DNA from: Kudoa neothunni | Taxonomy: Eukaryota; Animalia; Cnidaria | NCBI GenBank assembly: GCA_964304625.1 | Contig: OZ199838.1 | Coordinates: 9,513,245-9,577,244 of the forward strand | Reading direction: 5' to 3' | DNA: 64,000 nucleotides | Shown here: in pieces, positions 41,013-54,662 of the stretch | Layout of the letters: each line of letters begins with the position of its first letter | Position numbering within the stretch: position 1 is the stretch's first letter | Notes under the pieces: generated by a model | The model's input: the letters and a program-made list of their open reading frames with translations, nothing else | Database searches by the model: none | What the model was told of the DNA's origin: nothing | Made by a program: the position numbers and the translations under genes

Positions 41013-42186
41013 TCAGTCATCATTTTCCAAACCTAACATGTCATCTTCAACATAAGTGTCGTCGGCCGATAAATGGTTGTCAATTTCGATGGATTTATCG
41101 AGTTCATTTGATGTTGATTTACTTTTTGAATTACTTTCAATTACACTAATTGACAGTCGGAAATGAGCAATTTTATCATCCAAAACTCCTACAAAGAAAA
41201 GCCACCAAAATAAGTCATATACCAACCACCGACCTAATCATACTTTTAAGTTCCTCATTGGATTCTGCTTGAGCAGCTCTAGTAGATTCGTTCATAGTGT
41301 ATGGACAATAGAACACTGGAGGTGAAGTTTTTGTTTTTATAAATTTACTTTGACGAGCAAATTCTTGATTTGAAATTTGCTCAAGTTCTTTGTATCTGAT
41401 AGCTTTTCTGAGATTTATCAGTTCGCGTTGTTTCATGCTACGAAGACGTAAAAGTTTACTGCGCTCTTCCTTGGCCAAAGTGTCCGCTTGCTTTTCTTGT
41501 TCCTCAACTTTTTCCAAGATCTCGTCGCGTTTTTTCATCTAATCACAAACATTAAAACTACAAGATTCAAACTGACAATCAAATCTACCTCTTCATTTGA
41601 TTTCTCTGAGTCTTTTTTGAAATCATTAAAAGTTTTCATCATTAGTCCAAACATCCTTGAACCTCGTTTAATTTCACTTTCCGACAACTCGGGTTTCTTA
41701 TGATAGGTGATAGTGTCTTCTTTTGACTCACTCATATCAACATCAAGTGATTTGTCATCTTCGTCAATTTCACCGGCATCATCCTCGTCAGCTGGAGCCT
41801 CAACATTACGATGTTTTACAGTGGTAATAATGGAAGCAATTTTTGGTCTAGCTTTTATATCATTCTGTTCATTTGACCTAGGTGTTAAATAGATGATAGA
41901 TTAACAACAATCCAGTTCAATCTGTGGTCAGTCAAATCTAAATACCTTGTCGAACCAAAATCTTTGTCTTTGGACGAATAGGGAGCCGCTTTTCTTTTAC
42001 GAAAATGATTCCTAAAACAATTAAAGTTTAACGCAAAGTGTATGGGGATAATTACGTCCATTTTCCATATTCAACCCCAGTAGCATTTTTTATATTATCA
42101 TCAACATTTTTAATGTCGCTTCTTACTTGCGAAAGTCTATTCTCAAGTTGCTCAATAGTAGTAGTCTCACTTTCAACCGACTGCAT
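41013..42186 (-). CDS. PNN: Pinin (short form), multi-exon
   Basis: N-terminal LENRLSQVRSDIKNVDDNIKNATG. Pinin/SDK/memA core RGSRMFGLMMKTFNDFKKDS, KKRDEILEKVEEQ, FIKTKTSPPVFYCP. Stop at 41013. Confidence 0.85.
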
Positions 42187-42813
42187 GAGTTTTTTTGATG
42201 TGGCCCGAATGTATACGATGATACCCGCCTGTTTTTAGTTGTTTTTGTTTCAATTATTGTACCATTTATATTAATAATTTAATGAAAATAATATATTACT
42301 GATTGAATAAGGTTTAAATTCCAACAATTAAAAAGTTTAACTTGTGTTTTCATTTACATCAAATATATCTTACGTAAATATATGCTAAACGTAAAATCTT
42401 GTGCCGTCTTATGGGGCTTTAAAAAAATTATTTGGTCATTTGAGAAAGCTTATGCTATATTGTTATTTAGGATTAATATTGTGCATGCTTTTTTTGTAGC
42501 GACGGAGGTCGTCTATTTACAACTTTTCCGTTATTTTTGAACTTGGTGCATTTTTATTCAAATGAGTTAAATATACTTTATAAGAGTTAGTATCATTTTT
42601 CCAAAATTTATTAAAATTTGTTGGTATTAAAAAATGATACCGCCAATTATCTCAGCAGTTAAAAGAATTTAAAAGATCCTACTACAAAAAACATGATTAT
42701 TTCACATTAATTTAATTTTTGTTAACTTATTTAAGCTGTCAATAAAATGATCTCCTTATATCAATAAACGACTCATTTTCATAAAAACCAAAGTTTACTC
42801 AATGCGTGAGATA

Positions 42814-44260
42814 CGGTCGGTAATCGATTTTACGAACTTTTACTTTTTCTTCTCTTATGCATAATTATCAAATCCAAAACAATTTTTGTAGCTTCAGACA
42901 GTTTATTTTATGTAATTTGAATTAACAATTACAAGAAAGTAATTTATAAAGAACGTTTTTATAAAAAATGGGGATTATCGATTTTACGTAGTTTTTCGGT
43001 TCCGACTCTAATTTTCAAAATTTTCTGCTTTAATTAATCACATCCATAATATCATTATAAATCATTTAGACATAAAGAACGGTTAAATATTTTTCCGTTA
43101 TTTAAAAATTCGCGAATGTTTGGACGATAAATTTTTTAAATTTCAATATTTTGAGGTCGTACATATTTCTGGTTGGAAAACTCTGAAAACAAGAATGTCA
43201 AGTTAATTTCCTGATATAAAATAAGTTTGAATTCATTCAAAAGAAACACTCTGGATAAGGGATCGAATAATAATTTTTACGCTATAGTTTGTAATTGATT
43301 AAAAGCATTAGAGTCAAGAAATCAGATTTATTATAGAAGATTAAATGTGAAAAAAATTAGTAAGGGAGTTCAATTAAAAAATAATTACATTCAAAAGATT
43401 GTATGGTTCTAGGTTGCGCCTTAATTTAAAAATGGTAAATTTTCTTTGGTGGTCATTTATGCACTTAAAACCGTTACCATAACTGGTAAAACAAATTTAG
43501 TGATATTGCTGCAGGTATAGGTATTCTACAGGCTTTTTTTAAATTTATATAAAACTATAGTATTCCATCAACAAAACAATGTTTAATTATTGTAATATGT
43601 AAAAATTTTCTAAATTACGATTTGATATACGCCTGGAATCCAATTCACATCTAAAAAGAGATCGAAAATGATGTACAAACAAATTTTATACGTTCGTTTC
43701 TAGGAGATGTTCAGATCGTCCTTTGATTTGTCATCAGAAGAATTAACAATTTTTTAATGACAATAAAAGTTTACTCATTTAATCCGATAAAAACAAGAAA
43801 GCGAGGATGATGAAATATTTAAGATATAACAATTTTTAAAAATTGTAACTTCAAAAGTATTGCCAACAATTTATACGTTTATTTCTGTAACCCAACTTTT
43901 AATCACGAAAATAAATTATATAACATCATTCTCTTAACATTAAAAAAATTCTACAAGTTGACTACTATCTCTCAATAAACGAATAATTTATTTTTCACAG
44001 TCTAACTACAAAAGTATTTCGTTTAAACCTCTCATTATTGCATATGATAACAATCTAAATACATAGCCATCCGATTTTTGTCAAGTTGTGTTAAAAATAT
44101 TTCTAAAAATTAATAATTGTGAACTTTATCATATTACTTTAATACATAATATTTTTACTCGTTTGCGCGCATACCAAAAGTACGTAGAATTGGTCAGTGA
44201 TGCATTTTCAGTAACTTTTCTCTGATTCCAAGGGGATTACGGAAATTCGATGACCTACTG
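42814..44260. mobile_element. Highly decayed Tigger/pogo-like element
   Basis: TA|CGGTCGGTAATCGATTTTACG and CGGAAATTCGATGACCTACTG|TA are degenerate TIRs related to the 27243 family. Internal sub-repeat at about 42975. Confidence 0.6.
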
Positions 44261-44539
44261 TAATTAGGAAAGAGGTTTGTATGGGCTATTCCCCCCTAAA
44301 AACAAGTTTTAGCTTTGCGTATTTTTAAATTTTTAAGATTTTGTATATTTTTATATTTGTACTATTTATCCAGAGAGTAAATATTCGTAACTTCATCACT
44401 ATAATATTACCGTCGCTTCCGGATATTGCGCATTAAGTGGGGGAATTCTAGTTAATGTGCAAAAAAAGTACCCAATATCCAGATTTTGCTAGAATGAAAG
44501 TATTAAATTTCTTCTGTATTATATCTACTATAAATATAA

Positions 44540-47500
44540 GGAAGTGTCTATTGGCCCGGCAGATCAGCATCGCATGCTATTTAAATTTACTTTGAGTGGA
44601 TATAAAATGACATTTAATATTTAAACAACATTTTAACGACAAGTATATCTATCAATTAAGTTTAATTAACGAGAATACTCAGATACCTATTTAGACACGG
44701 ATAGAATCGAGATCTTCATTTTTTGGCTTGTGAAAAATGCCAATCTTACATAAACTAGAACGTTTATGAATTATTGGATTAATAAGGCTTAAGTTTTCTA
44801 TAGAAATATTTACATCATATTTATATATTCCAATGACTTAATTATGCGTTATATTTATCCTTAAAATGCATCTAAAAATAATAATTTTGAGATATATTTG
44901 ATTCTACTTAGAGCAATAATTAATAATTATTTATATCAGTTTGATAATTTATTGATATTCAATTTCGAGAGATTGATTCGTACCAATAAGTTAATTTACA
45001 TTGTACATAACGAACAAAAGTTCATTTAGTCAAGCGGTAAAGCAATTTGACAAAATTTATCTCGAAATATTATTCAAATTATGCTTGCTTTGTAAATAAA
45101 TTAAAATTTCGACACTATTTCGAATGAGTAAGTAAATATCTCCATCCGGGTTCGAAAAAATATTAATTATATTGGTATATTCTTAAACATGAAGTTTATT
45201 TAATGTTGATTATATACGAGATCATTATAGAAACCGATTAAGACTATAGAATTTAATTTCAACAACGAAGCTTTAAACAAATCGACCCTATGATAGCCAA
45301 TGTTGTTTACCAAAGAAATAGTATTTATTCGATTATTCGCGTAATTAAAAATATAATATGGTTTGGCACTATTCGTATTTGCAATAAAAAAATTTGTATC
45401 TGGAAAAATCGTAATATTTTTGAAGATAATTCGAATAAAACTACTCTTTTGTCGGAGAAATATTTTTTTTCAAGTTTACAACCTTTGTACTTTCATTTGT
45501 TCTTGAATAACTTTTTACATTCGTTGCAACACCAATATTTAGAATATGGACCAATACTGATATTTTGACATTTGAAATGACTCCATTCTAAGCATATATC
45601 ACAACCTATAGATGATTCCATGTTCCCAATCGTGTTTTTACAGATACTGCACATATAGCCAACGGTTTTTTGTTTTTTATAATTGTTTTAATACTATAAA
45701 TCGCGTCGTCAGTAAAATAAGGAAATATTTTATCAATTTTAACCCTTTGGTCAAGAATCGCGTCACTTACGTTATCGGAAAAAACCTCGACATCCTTTTC
45801 ATCAATTTTTTCTTTATTAACCATAGCTCTTCTCGCAATTTTTTTATCAACGAACCAACTCAGCATAGCTATTTATTATTTAAAAAATTTATAATATACT
45901 CAAAATTTGTTGCTTTTTTGTTAAATTCATGAACGAACTCATGTGAACTTTAGATCTTTTTATACCAATTACAGTCGTCGACGAACCTTTAGGGCGGCCC
46001 TTGAATTTAATTTTTGAAGGCAAAATTAATTTTACATTTTGAATCAAAAATATAATTAATTGTTATATTACTTGAAATTTTATTATCTTCATCAGATATC
46101 TCAAATGATTTTTCACCATTATTGGATTTCTCTCTATAATTAGAATAAATATTTAAACAGGGATTCCGTTTTACTCTTGTTGACTTTCGTTTATAGGGCA
46201 ATGATGTAATTCTGAATCTATAAAGGTCAGAATTAATATTACATTATATTATATAAATGAATACTTTTAGACACAGTGATATTTTTGCTTGAGGCTGTTG
46301 AGACCTCACGTGTAGAGTCATTATCGTTAAATCTTGTTATCGCAATTTTTTCATTATTGTCAACGCATTCCACAAACTGTTTCAGCATATCTATCCAATA
46401 ATTGTATTCAGGGCCTGTTTTTTCTGATATTCTAGCAGCGACGGTTTTCATTAACCTAGAAGCTTCATTAAATTTTTTCTGTTCTGAATATTGAACATTC
46501 TTGGATAAAGAACTGAAAGTAATCGAATCGCTCCCAAAGTCGACATCATTCTTTTCGCAAACATTTTCTTGCAACCTGGAATTTTCAATAAAGTAATTTT
46601 TTGTCCATCTCTTGGAGCACAAAGATTTATCAAAAAGTGGAAGATTACACTTTTCCGATATGTAAATACGTGACAGCATGGTATATTCATGCTGATTCTG
46701 AAGGGACAGCCACATTTATCATTGGAAGGCATATTAAAACTATCTGGAAAAATTTCGTCACCGATGTTTTCTGGCGATAGAACTTTAGAATATTCATTTG
46801 AAACCATTTGAAATGGGTATTTTGATAAATAATTAAAATACTCCATTATATCAGGATCAATGAATTTTTGAGGAGTCTTTAAAATTTCTTGTACAGCCTT
46901 ATTATCATTCTCCATTCTTGAAGTATTTATGTAAACCAGAAACTTCCTGAAAAATTCTTCAAAAGAGGAAAACAATGGAATCACTTGCTTTACTTTGGAA
47001 TTGACACTTTCAATTCTATTATTGGTAAAATTTAAGAACATTCCATCGTATCTCCGTAAACCAATAACCCATTCATCTTTGATGGTATGCCAATTATTTT
47101 TAAAATAACGATAAACGTTTTCTCCTACATTATCCTTAAATTGTTTTTTTATAGAATTATACTCATCATTGTTTTTGGCGTATGAGACTTTTTGTAGGTA
47201 AAAGAGTGAAATTTCTTTTTCCTTAGAATTGATGTTCATTTTCTCGACCTTGATTTCACGATTAAATGCTTTTAAGACATGATAAAGACATAATTGAATG
47301 TTAACATTTGGAAAAATATTTTTTAAAACTTTTCGTTCTACCATGTCTTTGTCTGTCATAAAAATTTTAGTCTCATTTTCTATCACTGGGTTATGCTTTT
47401 TAATTGTTTTAATAAACCACAATAATATTTCCTCAGTTTCTTCAGTGAGGATTCCTGTTGCCACAATCTCGCTCATTCCTCTTCCATCCATTACCACAAG

Positions 47501-48641
47501 AAAATAAACTGGAGCCCTACAATCTAATAATTTATATGTGGCGTCAATAAATATTATTTCGGGGTAAGCTTTCAGGCATTTTTTCATGTCAAAATCTTGA
47601 TAAAAAAGGCCCTTAAAATTATTTTCAGCTTCTAACACTTCAATAAATACATTAGGATTATTTTTTAGAGTTAACAAACAATCAAGTGTGGTTGAATGGG
47701 ACTTAATTGAATATTTAATGTTTCTTAGCTTTTTCAGCAAAACGTACTTTCCCTTCTCCCTAAAAATTTTTCTTGGATAGCCTTTGAATTACCGTCGACT
47801 TCAACAAGTTGGGTGATATATGTAATCTCCTCATCATTAAGTTTTTTTGCCTTTGACGAAAATTTTGAGGGTAAACTAAGAGAATCGTGGTTGTGTGATA
47901 AATTAAGAGATTTTAACACAAGTTTTTTCCCATCGGTGTCTATTAGAAATCTTAAAAACACTGGGCATCCCTTATAATAAGAGTTCGTATTTCGTTGACC
48001 AGTTGATCGCTTTCTCTAAAGTAATGAAACCAATAAATAACAAATAAATAAAAATATTCCTAAAGACAACAATAATTAACCTTAAATAAAAAATATTTAA
48101 CAAAATAAAACGATTTACCTTTTTTCCGCCGTGAATACAACAATATTTTAATTGATAATATTTTAATAATGGTTTTGCAATCTAATATGGACATCGTATA
48201 TTTATCGAGTAATTCCAACTGTTCAATTTTCAACTTTAACTCTTCAAAGCTATTAAACGTACCACCAACTTTAAAAAAATTATTCTCGTTAGTGTTAACA
48301 TCATGGTTGCTTCCACCACTTTCGTTGCTGTTCATTGCGTACGAATAACCACGCTATACAAAACACAAGGTTCATAAAATTCAACGTCACTGTATAATTT
48401 AGATGCGATCACTAGATCAATTTATTCTCAGATTTCGGCGAAAAAATATAAGTTAAATATATAATATTTGAAAAAGATAATCACGCTGTGCCAATAACAA
48501 TTTCCAACTGGAGCGATTCGAATAACAAGAATGTGTTTGTAAACTTTGTAATTTAACAACTAGGAAATAAAAAACCTAATTTTACTTATTTTTAATATTA
48601 CAAAACCGTAAAACTGATCTGCTGGACCAATAGACACAGCC
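44540..48641 (-). mobile_element. Mutator-like (MULE) transposon
   Basis: 28-bp TIRs GGAAGTGTCTATTGGCCCGGCAGATCAG and (rc) GGCTGTGTCTATTGGTCCAGCAGATCAG enclose a MULE transposase. Confidence 0.88.
45493..48335 (-). pseudogene. MULE transposase (ZSWIM3/FAR1-like) with SWIM finger, AT-hook and C-terminal PHD finger; frameshifted, intron-containing
   Basis: GCPVFLRF...HNH; FIDATYK; FMTDKD; CLYHV; TNNRIESVN; SWIM CGC...IPCCH; KGRPKG; PHD CSIC...GCDICLEWSHFKC...WCCNEC. Confidence 0.88.
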
Positions 48642-48829
48642 TTTAGAAAAATAAATTAAAAACCATTTCTTATTATTTTTACAAAAAGTAAACATAATAC
48701 GGGAAAATTCTTGTGCATATATGGTTAATTTAATAATATAATTTAACAGCGTCGTTAAAGCTTGATAAACTGACGATAATGCTTGACAAATTGGCGATAA
48801 AGCTCGAAAAACCCTATATATTAACTGTA

Positions 48830-51430
48830 TGTAGAGAGTGATGATGAAGCAAATTGTGAAAAAATTGATATTTTGGAAAGAAATCCAATATCATGCCAGA
48901 AGCCTTTGATTTATTTGAAGGAGTTAAAAATATTCTACAAGTTTCATAAAGATTATCGATCAGCTATCTTAGCTTCGTTAGAAGAAGATACATTCAACAT
49001 AATTTCAAGAAACCTTACTCAAACAAAAATAACTAATTACTTCCATTTAAAAATGATTAAACACTATACTATACCTAATTTGCGCTGTCTAATTACGTTA
49101 TTTCACCCTCCGAGCGCCCCCAAAAACGACTTTACACATTCCTTCTTTGGGGTCAAATTGACCCCAGATGTGTTACGCATTAAATTCACTCTAATTTTTC
49201 CATCATTTTTTATTTATAGATCTTTTTTTCATGAGAACTAAAAAGAAACTAAAATATATGTAATAGATTAATTTTCCTATGCGAGGAATCATTAAATATA
49301 ATGTAGACTAGTCAGAAACTGATGAAAATTATTCGTTTATTAAGAATTTGCGTGTCTTATCATTTTATTTTTTCCTGCATTTATATAAAATCATCTATCG
49401 TTGAGCATGTTGCGAATAAAAACACATTAAACCAACGAACAAGGCAAATGTAAATATATTTTTCTAAGTAATTTACCTTATTTAGCAAGACATTTAACGC
49501 AAATAACGTTTGAGCGCTCTTCGAAACAGTATGTCTTACAAACTGAACAAACAGATCTTGTTTTTTTGTCGCGGTTTCTTTCACAAAGACAACACCTATT
49601 TCTACTTCGACTTGAACACTCCAAAGACATATTTTGTTGTATCTTCTCATTATTAATGTTCAGAAAATTTGTTACAAGACTTTCCGCTAGCATTTCTAAA
49701 TATTTCAACCTAGAGCAATTAGGGTCAACGAATATTTCCTTATAAATATGGAATGAGTTAATCAAACTGACGTCAACCGTATTATAAAAAACTGCAGTGG
49801 GCCAACGCTTCGTGTATCGTTTAACACTGTTTGTGGCAATTATACGGTCACCTGTGTCGATTCCTCCCTTGCATTTATTATAATGATGTATGACCTCAGG
49901 TTTTTTAGTGGCAGTATCATCAACATTTGTATTGCAAGAAGAAATTGTTAGAAGTAAAACTGATTTATTTTTTTTGGAACATACGAAAGCAACATAAATT
50001 TGTTGTGAAACAAAAATCTAGACCTGGTTACTTCTCTATTTCGGTCTTTCTTTAGATACTCTGGAATGTCTCTCTTGTTACTTCGGATCGTATCAACCAT
50101 AGTCATACCCCAATTCAAGAGCTTTTCTGCAACAGAAATAGAGCTGAAAAAATTATCAAATACAATGTTTCTGCCACTATCTTTTAAATTAGCAACAAGT
50201 TCCAAAACCATACTTTCACCAACATTTTTAGCTCTCTCGCTATTGTTTCTTCCCACGTATACCGATATATTATGGGTGTATTTTGTATCAGGGTCGGTAA
50301 GCAGAAAAAATTTTATACCGTAAACAACAGGTTTCGATGGCATGTATTGCTTAAAGGAACATTTATCCCTAAATGCGACAAGTTGCTCGTCGATGGTCAA
50401 ATTTTCACTGGGAATAACTAATTTAGAAATTCTGTCTTTCCAGTTATCAAAAATCTCTCGCAGTGGGCAAAATTTGTCTAACTCACGTCTTGTTTCTCGG
50501 GTTTCAAAGTCATCAAAATGAAGAGACCTCGATATCTGGACAAATCTTGAGTGGCATTATTTTTCTGAATATACTTCTCCCTTTTTCAACACTCCAAAGT
50601 AATTTTAAGGACTCTAATGTAGACTTAAATATGAACATATAAATTAGTAATCCAAGGTAAGCTTTAAATTCTTCCAACGTTATACATTTCCACTCATTAT
50701 TGTAATGAAAACCCCCAAATTTGTTTGTGTTCGAAATCACACTAGAAAAAAATAAAGTGTCAAAAAATATCAAGAATTTATCCGATATTTCTCTAATTCT
50801 TGACGTCGCGTAGGCAGTTAAACCTGCGATCGGATGAAGTATATTTTCCTTTTGAGTTTTTGTGATTTGTGTTATTTAGTTGCCGGAGTTGTAGGATTCT
50901 GATAAAGAATCAAATAAATGTACTGTCGTCTATTTCACTTGTTTCGGAATCATTTTCTGAACAGAACTCGTACTCAAAATCACTCATTTTCAAAATGTGT
51001 TTTCTTGCCTATGCTCGTGAATCTTCGCAGAGCATCTTTTGGGTTTTTATTCTTTATATTCTATGATAAAATCCTCTTAAAATTTAATTTAGTTTAAACA
51101 AAACATTTTTCTTTAAGATATGGTACATGTATTTTTACGTTCCCCAAAAAATAGACTGGGGTCAATTTGACCCCAAAGAAGGAATGTGTAAGTATTTTAA
51201 TTATTTCACTATCTAATATATTATTTCTATTTTTTTACTTAAAAAAAAGCATATTGTAGGAGAATAGCTTGATTTTTAAAATAATTGAAGCTTTATGAGA
51301 CAACATAAAACACAACACAAAATCGTTTGGGGTCAATTTGACCCCAAAGACGCTCGGAAGGTTAATAAACGATTGAATATTTTCACATTGTTTCGCGCGC
51401 ATAAAAGTACGTAAAACCTGTCACTGACTG
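48830..51430 (+). mobile_element. 3' remnant of Tigger-like element interrupted by piggyBac
   Basis: C-terminal ISCQKPLIYLKEL...QTKITNYF parallels 31170-31330. Right-end-like GTACGTAAAACCTGTCACTGACTG|TA follows the piggyBac. Confidence 0.6.
49106..51361 (-). mobile_element. piggyBac (PGBD4-like) element, transposase pseudogene
   Basis: TTCA/TTAA flanks. TIR CCCTCCGAGCG and (rc) CCTTCCGAGCG. Three GGGGTCAAWTTGACCCC palindromes. Motifs TIDEQLVAF, YMPSKP, FDNFFSS, YNKCKGGIDT, and a Cys-rich C-terminal domain. Confidence 0.93.
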
Positions 51431-51529
51431 TATATATTAAACCATCAAGAAATGCTCAAATTGTAGGTTTTCCTTTTTCCTATTGAGGGATTACGATGAC
51501 GTCATAAGATTAAATTAAGATTTATCGGC

Positions 51530-52556
51530 GGTAAAAATGCAGAATAGGGCCCGCAAATGTGCAAATAATCCACGAGGATTAAAGGAAACACCGCAAAGAT
51601 GAAATTGTTACAACTTGTTGCTTATCTATCTGATTACAACAATGTATTAAGCTTTTGTTTCAATATTAAACTTATATCAGTGTCAAAAGTTTGTCCTCAT
51701 TGTGGAATTCAAATAAGATTAATCGATTTTAATAATATTGACAATCTAATTTGGGGATGTCGTTTAAATGGTTGTGACACAAAGCTTTCGATACGATCCA
51801 ATTCGTTTTTTAGCAAATCGAAGATTACACTTTCAAAAATTATTCTTTTTATTCATCTGTGGGCGAATAACTACCCACCTAGAATAATAATTAATGATTT
51901 TGAGTATGCATCCCATACATTAGTGGATTGGAATCGTTTTATAAGAGAACTATGTACTGAACATCATGGCCGAAACCTCACCAATAAGATAGGAGGACGA
52001 AATAAAATTGTGGAGCTTGATGAAACTCTCATTGTCCGCCGTAAATATAATCACGGGAGAGTTATAAAAGAACAATGGCTCTTCGGAGGGATATGTCGCA
52101 AACAAGATGGAAACCAAAATTTTGAAGCTTTTGTTGAGTTTGTTGACGACAGAACGGCATCAACTCTTCTTGTAATTATTCAACGAAGAATTGGGCCAGG
52201 TACTACTATTATTACGGACGGATGGTGAGGTTACAATAATATTGGACGGCTTGGGACGAATCATTTTGTAATCATACATGACAAAAACTTTGTTGATCCG
52301 GAGAATCATGAGGTCCATACCCAAAACATTAAAAATCTTTGGCTATATTTAAAAAGGCTACTACGAGCCAAAGGAACCCACAGAAGCCTCCATGACTGGG
52401 AATACCTTGCTGAATTTTTGTTTAGAAAATAAAAAAAAACATTTATTTAGTGCGCTAATAAATGAGATAACTTTAAACTATCAAGTATAAATTATTATAG
52501 TTGTTAATCCTCGTGGATTATTTGCACATGTGCGGACTCTATTCTGCATTTTTACC
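51530..52556 (+). mobile_element. Merlin (IS1595/ISXO2-like) transposon 1, premature stop
   Basis: TIR of about 53 bp (GGTAAAAATGCAGAATAG...CCACGAGGATTAA). ORF from 51599 has a Zn ribbon (CPHC...C..C), VELDET, RRKYNHGR, WLFGG, ITDGW*GY, VHTQNI. Confidence 0.9.
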
Positions 52557-52716
52557 TCTAAATCTGTCCATTCGGCTATAAAATTGCCTATCTTTTTTCT
52601 TGTTCTACCCATTGCAAATGAAAAATTGCCGGCAAATGGTGTCGATTTTAATCGAAAAATAAACGAGGCAATATTAAAAACGACGTTTTTCGACGTTTAT
52701 CGATATAAATCGAAAA

Positions 52717-53789
52717 GGCTAAAGTGGAGTTTAGTGTCAATGCGCGCGCGAATAATCTTCGTTGTTATAATCGGATTAATATGGGCACGCCGCGAAATGA
52801 ATGTCGTTGTTCCTCTGCCAGAAATTAGTACCATCAATTTAGAAGACATTAATATATTTTTTATTGATTTGTTGGGGCTAAATAAGGAGTACTGCGTCAA
52901 ATTTATGATGCATTTTGGCTTAATTGCGAAGAACGTGAACTATTGTGGCGACTCTATGTCGTTAACAAAAAAAGCAAGTGTTACAGATGGTTATATCTTT
53001 CATTGTAACAAATGCCAAAAATATGTTTCGATTAGAAAAGGTTCGTTGTTTGAAAAAAGCCATCTAAGTTTCAGTCAAATATTGAAGCTGCTGTATTATT
53101 ATTCGAATGATATTTACAATCAAGATTTTTTAATCAAAGAAATGAAGGTGACGTCGAAAACAGTAGTTGATTGGAAGAACTTCATCCACGGCATATATTG
53201 TAATTATTTTATCAGCAATTCTACCAAAATTGGAGCGACAAGAATGATTGTCCAAGTTGATGAAAGCTTAATTTGCAAACGCAAATACAATGTAGGTAGA
53301 ATTTTGGCTAATCAGGAGCAGTGGATTGTGGGAAGAATCGACGAAGTTGGCAACGTTTTTATGGAGATAACGACCGTAAGAAACCAACAAACTCTGGAGA
53401 TGATTATTTCGAGAAATGTCGAAGTTGGATCCATCATATGGTCTGACTGCTGGGGTGGATATAGAAATCTAGATAATATAGGCTACTTTCATGAAGTTGT
53501 TAACCATAAAAACGAATTTGTTTCATCTAGCAGGGTTCACACAAACAAAATTGAAAGCACTTGGGATGCAGTTAAAAGAAAATTAAACCCCATCCGTAAC
53601 AAAAAACCAGATCTAATTAAAGGTTATTTGGCCGAATATATATTCAAAAAAATTAAACAAAATATATTTGGCGAAACAATAAATCAAATAGTGTCGATTT
53701 ACACATTTTCTAACTAAGCTTGTGTTTTTATTGCGTTCGGGATGTTTAGGTCAACTGCGCGCGCATTGCTACTAAACTCCACTTTAGCC
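52717..53789 (+). mobile_element. Merlin (IS1595/ISXO2-like) transposon 2 with uninterrupted ORF (likely ATG 52797, stop 53717)
   Basis: TIR of about 33 bp (GGCTAAAGTGGAGTTTAGT..CAATGCGCGCGC). Motifs SIRKGSLFEKS, VQVDES, KRKYNVGR, WSDCWGGY, VNH, VHTNKIESTW. Confidence 0.92.
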
Positions 53790-54662
53790 GAAGGATTGGA
53801 TATATGACAAATGTTTTTTTTGCTAGTGGAAGACAATCCTGAACATTCAATTGCAATATTCTATCGATTGAATTTTTTGAATTTCTTCGGCGTATTCGAA
53901 ATTATAAAATTCTGCATCGGTAGAATACATTCCCCATATGCTTATTTGGAAAGATTCATACTGTCATAGCGATCCCCTTTTTATGACACATCAAAGTTCT
54001 TACAAAAACATCTAACTAGCATGCTTCTGCCGCATTACCGAATAGAGCTGGATTTTATCGCCCTCACATTATGGAGTGACTGATGTTTAATTTTATTTTG
54101 CGTGATTATGTTGTAAAGCGAACATTATCGAATCAACATGGTCGTGAATTTATAGTAGATTTAAGTTATTCAATTGATTGATAATTGGAATTTCGATGAC
54201 CGTCGAGAAAATTTTACCGGTGCTCGCACGTTTATTTGTCTGTGGAGCTGCATAGACAGAATTATGCTATTAGCCTGAGATTTACTAGGGCGGCACAATG
54301 TTGAATAAAAACATGCGATAAATGGCAAAAACCCGATCTTTTATATCTTTAAAATATACTCAACTATTAAATAAAGCATAAAATATATATGTACGAAAAT
54401 AAGTTGGGTTGTTGAAATTTTGTAGTAACAGTTAATGAAATAGTCGTATTCAGGATTATTTTATGGCAGCATAACACATGTAGTAGATTATCTACCATTT
54501 GACAGAAAGTATCTTTCAGATTAGGATTACTGTGAGGGGTTATCCAGAGCGTTTTGAACGATCGTGTGAGGGTTTTGTTAATTTGTGGGTGTACATTTAA
54601 GTATAATTTCTATTTTTTGTAATAAAACATAAGTTGAATTAGAATATTATCGCGTCATCGAT

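Noticed and set aside
52530-52796. N-terminal 89 aa of the 395-aa ORF
   Set aside because: It runs through the TIR of Merlin 1, the spacer and the TIR of Merlin 2. This is a chance open frame; the true start is likely 52797.
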